A program made the translations under genes and the position numbers. A stretch of DNA of 64,000 nt from Amphiscolops sp. MND2022 (taxonomy: Eukaryota). The stretch is from NCBI GenBank assembly GCA_964187785.1, contig OZ076409.1, forward strand, positions 74,278,001 to 74,342,000, written 5' to 3'. Shown in pieces: positions 54,401 to 63,800 of the stretch. Numbering within the stretch: position 1 is the first letter of the stretch; every line of letters starts with the position of its first letter. Under the pieces are notes generated by a model. That model saw nothing but the letters and a program-made list of their open reading frames with translations. It was not told the DNA's origin and ran no database searches.

Positions 54401-57400
54401 TCCAAATCAATAACACCAAACAATCCAAAACTTCAATTTGACCAGGCAGATTCCAGAGTACGTGTAAATGAATTGGCTGCAATGTTATCTAAAGAACCTG
54501 CTACATTTTTCCTGACACTCACCTGCAACCAGAAAAATCACTTTGGGGTAGCACCAATTTTTGAAGCTATAGAAAATCGATTCAACAGAATCAAGAAAGA
54601 AGAGTACGAGAGAGCGGTCCAAGCTGAGATGGTGCTACTAACAAGAGCCTGGTATCGATCAGCTGAAGCTTTGATGGAATGGATAGAAAAATCTCCTGAT
54701 CAACCGCTTGGAACAGTCACCAAAATTTGGTATCGCTATGAGTTCCAATCTACCAAAGGGAACTTACCGCACATTCATTGTGTTATATGGACAAAGGAAA
54801 GCAAAGCAGAATTGCAACACAAGGTTTCATGCTCCGGATCATCAGCTTTATTCGAATTGAAAAAAATCGCTGCTGAAACAAATGTTATTAATTGTGATCA
54901 AGTTTTCGATTTGTGGACTCAACTGATGACAATTCAAACACATTCCTGCGAAAAGGCAAATTATCGCTGCCACAAAATTGTCAAAGACGATGGGTCAACA
55001 ATATGCAGAGTTCCCCGTTACCCGCATTCAAACCAGTATTCTTGGAGAAAAGTCCCATCAAGCCATTCGGAGGAAGCATTGCAAGTTCTTCATTACCTTG
55101 ACTTGGCAACACCCTCGAAGTCTCATGACGATACCTTCGATGTTTCAGACAGTCTTCAAGGAGGCAAATTCGAATACCCTGCCTCAAGTGACGAGCACCT
55201 TTCCCCTTTTAACCCACTTATTTTTGTCGCTACGATGTCTTCCCAAAACCTTCAATTGTGTGACGAATACCTGTCTGCAAGATATATTGCAAAATATGCA
55301 GCAGGAATTGAAGAACGAGCTGATGCACGTGTTGATCCTGTCTCCTTCAATGAAATTAGAGTTCACACTAAAGGAATCAATAATTCGAAAATTTCCAGTT
55401 GCCGTATCAAAGAAAAAAGTACAGATAGAAAAACAATCGTTCAGATCATTCCTCTCGTCGAAACAGTTTGGTGGTTATTAAACTTCAAATATGTTAACAG
55501 TTCTGTTTCGTTTGTTCATTTATCGACTCTTGAAAAGTCAGAACGACCGTCTTTCATCATACCCGGAAAAAATACAAACCCTTCCCAGCCATTACCTGCA
55601 CATGTGACAAAAAGTTTCAGTTTACCACTGTCGCGCCAATTCACCCAATCGCAGCTGTTGGTTTTGAAAGATTCTATGACAAGTGAGCATTCTAACTGCA
55701 AAATGACAATTTTTAGCGGTAGGCCACCTGCGCTTTTGTGTGTTGATAACCCTCAACTGTATTTCACTTGGTTCAACAGAGTTAATATTCGACATCCCGA
55801 GGATACAATGAAGCTTGATGTTAACATTTCAAAATGGATAGACGTTTTTGGGCGTGCTGTACACTTGAGACGTTGTTATCTTGATGAATTTTCCGCTCAT
55901 GTTACCAAACTGAGAAGAGAGGGACATAACAACTTGTACCGATTCGATGAAGATACTTCAATATTGTTTTTACAAAACGACAGTTTGGGGTTAAAAACGA
56001 TTGACGATACTCCAGTTCAAGTAGTGACTTCGAATATTGTGCCAAGTAACCGCCGAAGATTTTTGGTGCACTTCGTTTTATCTAACGGAAAGTTTGAGAC
56101 AGAACCAGATCTATTCAATCATCTTAGCATGCTGGAGGTTTTTATCAACTGCAAGTTACTGCCATTAAAAAGTTCTTATACAATACAAGACGCATGTGAT
56201 TTAGTGAAATTTTATGTTTTGACGGAACTCAAGTACCTTCCTGGTGCAAGCAGATCGTTCGATCGTCATTTGTTAAGTTGTTACGAGTTGATCACCAATC
56301 TCGTTCTTAATAACCAGATTCATACCGAAGCTTTGCCATCAACTCTTCATTCAGAACTAACCGAAAACGCTGAAATTGCCTACATTCTTCACAGTAACGA
56401 AAAACGAGAGCGAAGCGTTCAAGGTTGCCTCCTAAATCCTGCTTTGATGCCATTGCAACCACACAACGACTCTTTTGTGGCAGCCACCCGCAGTAACCCG
56501 TTTGTGTACAATTTTCCGTTTCCTCGAGCTCCCGGACAGTCCGACGAATCAAACACTTTTCAACAACGTGTGTTCAATGGGTGCATTCAGAAATTGACTA
56601 ACTTCATTGAAACAAAAGACGGTTTCATAAAACATCAATTGTTTTTGGGGCGTCCGGGAAGCGGCAAAACACTCATCTGCACGATGATATATCTGGAAGC
56701 TGTAGCAAAAGGTCTCAACTGTGCAATAACTTGTCTAAGCGGAGAACGAGCCCAACAACTCGGTGGTGAACATGTCCACAAGTTGTTCAAGTTCAGAGTA
56801 AACAAATTTCAAAATCCTGAATTAATGGCTTCTCAGAGTTTGAAAAGTCTTCTCAAGGATGTCACACGGTTCACTGAGCTGGAACGCCTGGATGTACTAT
56901 TCATTGATGAAGTGGGCCAGCTGAATTCTGAATTGATGATAGCTATGGAAATTGTGCTACAAACTGTTAGAGACAACAAATTGCCAATGGGAGGGGTCTT
57001 TACCATCCTAACAGGCGACCCGAAGCAATTGCGCCCTCCACAAGGATCATTGACATGGTTGTCACCGAAGATGCTGACAAATTTCGATTTCCACTACTTT
57101 AGACACTATGTAAGAGCAAAACCTGGATTGTTGCGAGAGATACTGACTAAAATGGACGAAATTGATATCAGCCCAATCGAAGCATCAAGTATTGCAAAGG
57201 AAATTGTAGCCAATTGTAATATCCATTCAACTTGGGACGATATTGGTGACAACTTTGATATGCGTGTATTCAGCACAAGAGCTGCTGAAAAACAAGCTGT
57301 TACACATCATTTTGAAAAAATTTTGGCTGACCAAAGCTGTGCAAAAGTCGTGTTTACTGCCAATGATGAAGAGAGTTCTACTGGATCGTCAATTTGGCGT

Positions 57401-58435
57401 CCGGCAGGTGACATCGAACAAAAATTCATCGATTCCACATCCATCACTCCCCGACAACTGCTCTTGTATAAAAAAGCGCTTCTAAGATTTACAGCCAACC
57501 TTCCCAACATTCAGGCTAGGCAAGGACAATTGTGCCTAATTTTGGAAATACCAACCGAAACAGCATCTTCTCTGGACGTTTGGATCGCACCACCAGGTTG
57601 CCGGACCGCCGCAAATTTCGACGAAAATAACCTAATTACATCTGGTTGGCGCAAAGTCTCTATATCAAAAGTGTTTACACCTGTCATGACGAACCAATGT
57701 AAATTCCTAAGGCGATACTCTTTTCCTCTCAAGAATTATGTGGCATCCACTATTCATAAATGCATTGGTGACACGTTCCCAAAGATTGTTACCAAAGTTT
57801 CACTGACGGACAAACATTACAAAATTTGGGAAAAGGAGCAACTTCTCGTGTTGTTGAGTAGAGTCAGCAAGCTCGACGACATAACGTTCGTTGGTGAAGA
57901 ACACGAAATAGAATTAACTTTAACTGCTGCCATTCAGCAAAAGTCCTGCTGGGGAACTTTCATCAATGACCTTCTAGAAAAATTGGCCTCTACTCCCTCT
58001 GACCTGACGCCGCCAACACTCAACCTCCTTTCTTCAAATGTTGTACCTTGGAACATTGTCTTGCCCGAAGACAATGTAGGCTTTGTGTATCTTCTGATAA
58101 GCACGAAGATTCCGAATGCTTATTGCATTGGAGAGGCTCTGGAAATTCGGCGAGAATTGAAACTTATCAACTCTGGAAATGGGGCAAGTGAAACGCGCCC
58201 AATCGAACGCAGGCCATGGGCAATCGTAGCATTTGCAACAGGTTTCAACACCGAAGATTCTTCCGGCAACAACACGCAAAGAAAATCGCTTGTATCGAAG
58301 ATGAGAACGCAATTTACTTCCCTTGGAATAAACTTCACCACCGTGGAATTGTTTGAAACGTTCAAAGAATCAACGAGAACATATGCTGACGAACGTGATT
58401 TAAATTTGAGAGTTATTCAATGTGCCAGTGTTTAA
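51449..58435 (+). CDS. Helitron/Helentron-like RepHel transposase, 2328 aa: Cys-rich N-terminus, HUH/Y2 Rep, PIF1-family (SF1B) helicase, C-terminal GIY-YIG(SLX1)-like domain
   Basis: Single uninterrupted ORF. Rep motif 1 TFFLTLTCNQ (aa ~1019), motif 2 YEFQSTKGNLPHIHCVIW (HUH, aa ~1108), motif 3 YIAKY (aa ~1279). Helicase Walker A GRPGSGKT (aa ~1734), Walker B LFIDEVGQ (aa ~1818), plus TGDPKQLRPP, FPLKNYVASTIHKCIGDT and QLLVLLSRV. The C-terminal GFVYLLIS...YCIGE...RR...N.G.GA..T....RRPW...F..GF resembles SLX1-type GIY-YIG. Confidence 0.93.
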   Translation: MPPRRNRSVRNKCSRCRVFIPQSSTLCASCASSSAEVTHDNEDSSSVSIPNEDNPRNIVYPPRCTLCGLHEQSQGQLCCFCCPVTLPVCTDAECQKCRRITCSSLNSISMTDVKQTAFGCRLPGETSDFARLCNECSHYTTHGFQSPWRIIWPCVVLDFLRGKYNGVADGKPFHKVLPTSILKQYQHLLQINTDEKETVFADLTHKLQEFTNLKEELKIEGLQKAHNKYCFPEVRCPFGCTEFVGDTGLIPLQFFLQMLDQNFAFNKIKWKRRLRCVRPDWLCSYNHNDVFNVRPHIVIDEKQGLCLATCKFHNGGSHQFFVHPPTNPTGRLPSKNADRLGPATVSYNCYKPSKPNFSTHTFSMGVAKGSFSGISSTTIACKRRWDIAFGEDDVVREALCSNNRLDIKPLLQQLVNKGEISQNLFDSITSNEGLPDDQTVLECLKTATSVPFELALALKKIQEEGISVNYFPVFSQPFTKHGCDPPDTVVNTSMPKHLWLYAVMFAVSCNFHLSLLKFIATDTSLKDIFPLMLNNDGRLVAKKKRELAEFLQSQPQDPSYDMVDSLQQLLSTISFVKHFNVTDRGSVESNLKSLTDEKIVTFITNARRRDDGYLPDRVVTTNSSTTYELRSIAILEGGNVKTIVRHGNEYNCWWIYSTAHETPTKMKLEDLVEMSHFHSNWMSCHYEVIGSVDMQRAKYQYLEYLGGQGRFICDDHHVPLTVARNGTPTLCSFSPSCQRKPAWNCPSENCLSSVCRTHFRQHQLSNEHLFVKCPTSNNEVVRSQPAESCDDDDDEVVSEPESEYDEFSFTNFTTDAGHVDNMTNCLATDSGDMPSVVDSIDTSIPAHILLNTDCHVLERKNYRNDRSKTSSRFLQNIVASSGNSIPLIYPDAALFPTHYYHEQTDNTITGAVPAPLFCDKQSKHFLFASIEDHKRSAVLNPNLLQSTDVRSIQTSFDTVLNKRLTFSDTRLVLIRGFQEVTVKTSKSITPNNPKLQFDQADSRVRVNELAAMLSKEPATFFLTLTCNQKNHFGVAPIFEAIENRFNRIKKEEYERAVQAEMVLLTRAWYRSAEALMEWIEKSPDQPLGTVTKIWYRYEFQSTKGNLPHIHCVIWTKESKAELQHKVSCSGSSALFELKKIAAETNVINCDQVFDLWTQLMTIQTHSCEKANYRCHKIVKDDGSTICRVPRYPHSNQYSWRKVPSSHSEEALQVLHYLDLATPSKSHDDTFDVSDSLQGGKFEYPASSDEHLSPFNPLIFVATMSSQNLQLCDEYLSARYIAKYAAGIEERADARVDPVSFNEIRVHTKGINNSKISSCRIKEKSTDRKTIVQIIPLVETVWWLLNFKYVNSSVSFVHLSTLEKSERPSFIIPGKNTNPSQPLPAHVTKSFSLPLSRQFTQSQLLVLKDSMTSEHSNCKMTIFSGRPPALLCVDNPQLYFTWFNRVNIRHPEDTMKLDVNISKWIDVFGRAVHLRRCYLDEFSAHVTKLRREGHNNLYRFDEDTSILFLQNDSLGLKTIDDTPVQVVTSNIVPSNRRRFLVHFVLSNGKFETEPDLFNHLSMLEVFINCKLLPLKSSYTIQDACDLVKFYVLTELKYLPGASRSFDRHLLSCYELITNLVLNNQIHTEALPSTLHSELTENAEIAYILHSNEKRERSVQGCLLNPALMPLQPHNDSFVAATRSNPFVYNFPFPRAPGQSDESNTFQQRVFNGCIQKLTNFIETKDGFIKHQLFLGRPGSGKTLICTMIYLEAVAKGLNCAITCLSGERAQQLGGEHVHKLFKFRVNKFQNPELMASQSLKSLLKDVTRFTELERLDVLFIDEVGQLNSELMIAMEIVLQTVRDNKLPMGGVFTILTGDPKQLRPPQGSLTWLSPKMLTNFDFHYFRHYVRAKPGLLREILTKMDEIDISPIEASSIAKEIVANCNIHSTWDDIGDNFDMRVFSTRAAEKQAVTHHFEKILADQSCAKVVFTANDEESSTGSSIWRPAGDIEQKFIDSTSITPRQLLLYKKALLRFTANLPNIQARQGQLCLILEIPTETASSLDVWIAPPGCRTAANFDENNLITSGWRKVSISKVFTPVMTNQCKFLRRYSFPLKNYVASTIHKCIGDTFPKIVTKVSLTDKHYKIWEKEQLLVLLSRVSKLDDITFVGEEHEIELTLTAAIQQKSCWGTFINDLLEKLASTPSDLTPPTLNLLSSNVVPWNIVLPEDNVGFVYLLISTKIPNAYCIGEALEIRRELKLINSGNGASETRPIERRPWAIVAFATGFNTEDSSGNNTQRKSLVSKMRTQFTSLGINFTTVELFETFKESTRTYADERDLNLRVIQCASV
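54503..55297 (+). other. HUH/Y2 Rep catalytic core of RepHel
   Basis: Motif 1 at 54503, HIH at 54770-54778 and YIAKY at 55283-55297; all catalytic residues are present. Confidence 0.9.
56648..57870 (+). other. PIF1-family helicase core of RepHel
   Basis: Walker A at 56648-56671 and Walker B at 56900-56911. Motifs III-VI are recognisable, although V and VI are divergent (TIHKCIG instead of the usual TIHKSQG; QLLVLLSRV instead of QxYVALSRV). Confidence 0.9.
58079..58250 (+). other. GIY-YIG (SLX1-like) domain at the RepHel C-terminus, probably catalytically degenerate
   Basis: GFVYLLISTKIPNAYCIGEALEIRRELKLINSGNGASETRPIERRPWAIVAFATGF follows the SLX1-type pattern VYLL.S…YIG.T…RRL.QHN…GA..T…RPW…..GF (pattern recalled, not aligned). 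Confidence 0.7.
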
Positions 58436-60889
58436 TTTATTTCAGTTTACAAATAATACAATGTAGAATATACTGGCAATGGAACGAAAGATGAAGCTTA
58501 CGAGGTTGCCCCGGTCACGCAGTGAGCCGAGGGCAAGCTCTTTGTGTGACAAAAATCAACATCCACTTTAACTAAAAATTTGCCACTTCGGTTGTCCTCC
58601 TCTTCTGTCATAAAATGTTGAGAGTGGTGTCTGGCTTTTTTCAAGGCACTTACAGCTCCATATCCTCAACTTCGTCGACAGAATTTTTGATTTACTCCTT
58701 GAAAGCTCCTTGAATTACTACCTTTTCTTATATTGGTTATTTCACAATCTCCTTTCCTCATTCGCGTGTTCCAGTGTTTATTTAACGAAGTTTGGTCAAC
58801 AAACTGCTGACGGGCCTTTTTTACTTGGCCTTTTCAATCTAAAAATTTTACCTCCAAGTTAAACGGCAGTTCGCTACTTTATCAGACATGTTATCCTAGC
58901 ATTCATCTTCTCAACACGCTCTAATGTGCAGACATTGATGGAACTGGTGTCTGACCCCCAAGGGTATTAACAGTGCCAATACTTCAATTTGCACAGAGCA
59001 GCTTCAATTGTTTGCCGATCCCTCGTAAAGCTTTATTTGTTTTCCTGCTTTTTGTCTCTTACCAGTCCACGCTTTACATTCAATATTTATGCTAAGTCTT
59101 CATTGAGTTGCATCATCTGGAATGAAGAAATCTGAGTATGGTATATGGTTCAAAAAATCATGAACAAATCTCCTAAAAAAATTGTCCTAAAAAACTCATA
59201 TACAAAAGGAAAGAGTCTAAAATGTTATATTCAACACTAAAATTTATCTATTTTACTTGAAGATTCAATTGAGGATTTAGGAGTTTTCCTAGTATTTTAT
59301 TTAAAAGATAGTCATCAGTAACTAAAGTTATGATCGATCTTTCTAAACATCGATTTTTAGCTTTTTGATTAGAAAAAGTGACAGTGAATATACATAAAGT
59401 TACTTCATCTCTGCGGTCAACACGGGATGTTTTATCAGTCTTTGTGAATCATAATTTATGTTGTTATCATTAACAATTTTGAATTGGATTTCTCCATTAC
59501 ACATCAGCCTAAAATGGGCGATAAATGAAAAGCTCAGTAGGTAAGTTTTTGTTTAATTATTAAATTTAGCTGATAGTTTCGTTCTTGTTCCTCAAAAAAC
59601 AAATTGCTACAACAGCGTTTGCACTAAAAGTTATTCGGGACAGGTCAATATACTTTTACTTCAATTGTTTGAACCATAGAACGATCAGCTAAAGTGTTTT
59701 CTGCTGGAAAAGGATAACCGTCAATCCGGACAGATCTAAACGACGTTTCCTGTTCGTCCGACTTCACTCACCCTCCGCCAAACGCTCAAGTATTCGAATG
59801 TTTGCATGGAAACGTGTTTTTCATAGTGGATATTGCTTTCAAGTATTGATTACTGATGACACTGGGACTTTAGTTTTTTGATGAAAATGGAGAAAAGAAA
59901 AAATACACTGAGTGATCTTGTGATCAACTCACATGTCATTTCTTTCATCCAAATCACACAATTCAAGCACTCCTGTCATTGGTCGCACCCATGATACTCC
60001 AATCAAAAAACCAATTTTTTAAATTGATAACATGTTCAAACAGTGTCGGACGCAAAGAGAGTCCAAAATAAGTTTTTTGAACTGGTCATTTTTCATAATG
60101 CTTTGCAAACAATTCTATTACAGTCACAGCTTTATTCTCACTAGCTTCAATCGTGAACAATTTTCTCAACAAGTGATGATGTCACGCACCTAACTAGTAT
60201 CAGTCCTGCCTTCATTACCGATATGTCCGTCTTGCACTTATGGTTGCTCCCTTCTGAACCTCATCTATGAACTGTGCATAAATCTTCATTGCATCCTGAA
60301 AACGACTCCAGCTGAAACAATTTAACTTTTTATATTCTTTGTTGCTCGCATTGTAAATACTATAAACAATTCTGTCAAATGTTTTGAAGAACAGATTTTT
60401 AAAAAAAGCATTGCATCTAATGCAATGAACGCGGACATATATACAAATTGACGATGGAATTTTTCAAACATGTGTTTTTAGCCATTCAAGTTGAAACTAA
60501 GAAATTAGATAAAGTAGGCTGAAGGCGAGTTTACAAAGTGTTAGTTCGTCTTTGTAGAGCCGTGAATCAGTTATAAATACGCACAAAACTTCCTTTCAGT
60601 GAAACATAATGAAAACATAAAAAATTTAAATTAGTGCTTAGCAACATAACTGTTGTTACTTTATTCATTTTTGGAATTATTTTTTTCGATTGCGTAGGAG
60701 AATCAATCAGTTACGTTATGTTCAAAATTGTCGTCCCCATCGATTGCAACTCCAACGTCAGCTGCTTTATGTGCATCAAGCCGACGTCCCAAACCATTTA
60801 ATAACGCCCACCGTCCGTAGGCATGCCGAGGCATGCCTTTCGACGACGTATGCCAAATAACCAAAAACCGACGCGCACTCTCCCGCTAG

Positions 60890-63800
60890 GTGCCCGGATT
60901 TCTATTCATTAAAGTATGTTGCGCGTGTGGGTAGGGCCCCTGGCGCGCTCTTGTGTCCCTGTTCTCATAACTGCAATTTCCGGCAGCATTCTGAGCGATT
61001 TTCTAAACTATCCATACGATTCGGCTGAAATTTGGCACACGTACCCCCCTCGGCACGGTGAAGATGATTTCCTACTGACGTTTTTCCCGCAAAATTTTTT
61101 TTGTTGTCCAAAATAACGGTTTTTGGGGTAAAATTTTGAATTTTTTTTAAATTTTATCTTATATCTCGCCACGGGTTTACGCTAGCGCTTCAAAACCCTG
61201 CTAAAGAAAGCTTGCAAACTGTCTCAGGAATGCTGTGTGAAATTTTCAGCTCAATCGGACTCAAACTCGGGGAGATATAGCGTTTTTCCGGAGCGGGGGG
61301 GTTTCATTTTTCTAACGGTCCAGCTTATCTTTGCCATTTTTTCGAAAATGCACTCGCCTAAAGGCCTCCCCTGGCCGGTTTTATTCCCAGCAAAACCATT
61401 TGGCCCTAAATACGGAGTTTCAGCGTTCCAGCATTCCCCGGCGAAAAGTTGTGGGACTTAGAAAAGTTCAAAAATTTTCAAAAAATTTTTTTTCCGTTTT
61501 CCGCCCTCCCCCCCTAGGGGAAAAGACCCCCCAACCAGTAATTTGAGTGTATTCATGTGGAAAGGCCATGTTTAGAGGAGAAAAATGCCGTTTAGAACGT
61601 CTTTTTATCTTGGCTCAACGTTGACTTATGACGTTTTGAAGGTGGTGTTTGGAGGTGTAAAGCACGCGAACAGTAAACGTTATGAGTATTTATCTGATCT
61701 GAAAGCCATTGAGATGAATATGGTTTGCTCAAAACGTAATTCATGGCAGTTTGGCAATCAATCAACACCCTTTGTTGTCGTTTGACATACTTTTTTGTTG
61801 TTATAATAAAAAATTTTGTGTATTTATTCATTTTTTTCTCATCAAATAACTTGAAACAGTTGAGTACATTCCATCCCCCCCTTCCGGGGGAGATGAGAAT
61901 GTACTCGCAAAAAGCACCGAACTACGGCCCTAACCTTCCCGAGCTACGCAGTATAAGGATTACATATTGGTTCCGACATTTTCATAGAGTTAAATCTTGG
62001 TAATCTGTCTGGATATGCAGAAAAACCAGCACGTGCTTTTTTATACCAAGTTGCTTACAACGACAATTATTTTATATCAACGCCCCCATATTTATCAACG
62101 CCCCCCGTCCGTGGGCATGCCGAGGCATGCCCTTCGACGACGTATGCCAAAGATATTCCCGAGCGCGTTAGCCTAGGTGCCGGGATTTCTATTCGATAAA
62201 GTAAGTTGCGCGGTTGGGTAGGGCCCCGTGAGCGCGCCCGTGTCTGTGTTTTTTGAACCTGAATTTGCGGGTGCCAAAATAGACGATCTCCTAAACTATC
62301 CATACGATTTGGCTCAAATTTGGCATACGGGTTCCTGAGACAGATATAAGAACTAATTCCTACTGGCGTTTTGCCCGGAAAATTTTTTTTGTTGCGCAAA
62401 CTTGAAATTTTTGACAAAAAAATGCGATTTTTTTTGAAAAATTTTTTTTGAGAGGCCATATCTTTTTTCAGGGAGCCCGGAGCGGGACGCGTTAAACTGA
62501 TTATAAACTCTACGGTTCACGGGCTGTACGGGGAACCTATTTTTGTTGGAATCCGACTTGTAGATTTTGAGATATATCATCAAATTTGGGTGTTTTTTTT
62601 CCAATATTTCGAAAAACCTGGTTTATCTCTGCCGTTTTTTGCCCAGATTTTTTTATAGACCCTCTCCTAAAGGCCTCCCCTGGCCAGATTACGTCCCAGC
62701 AAAACCATTTGGCCCTAAATACGAAGTTTCAGCGTTCTAGCATTTTCGGGCGAAAAGTTGTGGGACTTAGAAAAAGTTTTTTTAAAACGCAAAATGTGTA
62801 AAGTCAACTTCAGGCCTCCCAAAGTCAAGGAACTTCCACACAACTAGGATTGCAAGTGGATGCATGTGGAAAGTGCTTGATTAGACGAGGAAAATGAGCT
62901 ATTATAAAACTCTGTAGCTTAACCTGACGTTGACTTATGACAATTTTAGTGTGAGCTTGCTATGTGAGAAAAAATTTCAAAAATTGAAAATCGAAGCTAA
63001 GTCTCATCCAAAACTCATCGGAATACGTTCAATCCATTCCAAAGCGGTTTACTTCCAGCTATAGACTGCAGCAACACTATTCAAGACCATTGTACCCCTT
63101 TATATTAGTTTTGACATTGTATTATTCATCCGAGAGCACAAAGCAGTTGAGTACATTCCATCTCCCTTTCGGGGGAGATGAGAATGTACTCGCTAAAGAA
63201 CAGGTACTACAGCCAATTTTTGTATTTATGCGAAGCCATTCTATGCTATTGCACATAACAACTATGCTATTGACTTAATTTTGCCTACACTTTGCTATGA
63301 CATATGCTAAACGTTTGGTCCTTACAACAACATACACATGACTAACGTCAACACCACATACTGTTACCAACGCCCACCGTCCGTGGGCATGCCGAGGCAT
63401 GCCCTTCGACGACGTATGCCAAATACCTTCCAGCGACGCTCGCGCTCCCCGGCTAGGTGCCGGTGTTTTTCACGACAAAGAAAGTTGCGCGCTTTGGGTA
63501 GGGTCCCGGCGCGCTTTTGGGGTTCATTTTAACAACCTGATCTCCCGTTGCACGTATGTCCGATTTTCCAAACTATCCTACCAATTTTGCTGAAATTTTG
63601 CATGTGGGTCCCTATGGACATTCTAAGAACAAATCCCTACTGGCGTTTTGCCCGGAAAATTTTTTTTCTTGACTTATTGACAATTTTAGGTGCCGAAAAT
63701 GACGTTTTTTCAAAAAAAAATTTTTTAAGAGCCCATATCTCGCTCCCAGGTGCCCGGAGCGGGTCGCATGTGGTCGTTGATATTGCTAGGCACTTCGTAA

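Larger units (their letters stand above)
48874..60889 (+). mobile_element. Putative autonomous Helitron-like element (about 12.0 kb) occupying one slot of the array
   Basis: It begins at a CTAG|GTG junction, and its first ~800 bp are homologous to the short units (closest to 11398-12665). It contains the RepHel ORF and ends with AGGCATGCCGAGGCATGCCT (60819-60838) and CTAG (60886-60889), followed by GTG of the next unit. A hairpin plus CTRR downstream of RepHel is the established Helitron 3' end architecture. Confidence 0.85.

Noticed and set aside
52338..58365. Alternative-frame and antisense ORFs overlapping RepHel (e.g. 54978-55481 +, 167 aa)
   Set aside because: These are expected shadows of a long coding sequence and show no motifs.
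60572..60600. TATAAATA followed by TCAGT, a possible outward-facing promoter at the element's 3' end (a similar pair occurs at 49693-49716)
   Set aside because: These are short motifs in AT-rich DNA with sub-optimal spacing; they cannot be supported without TSS data.
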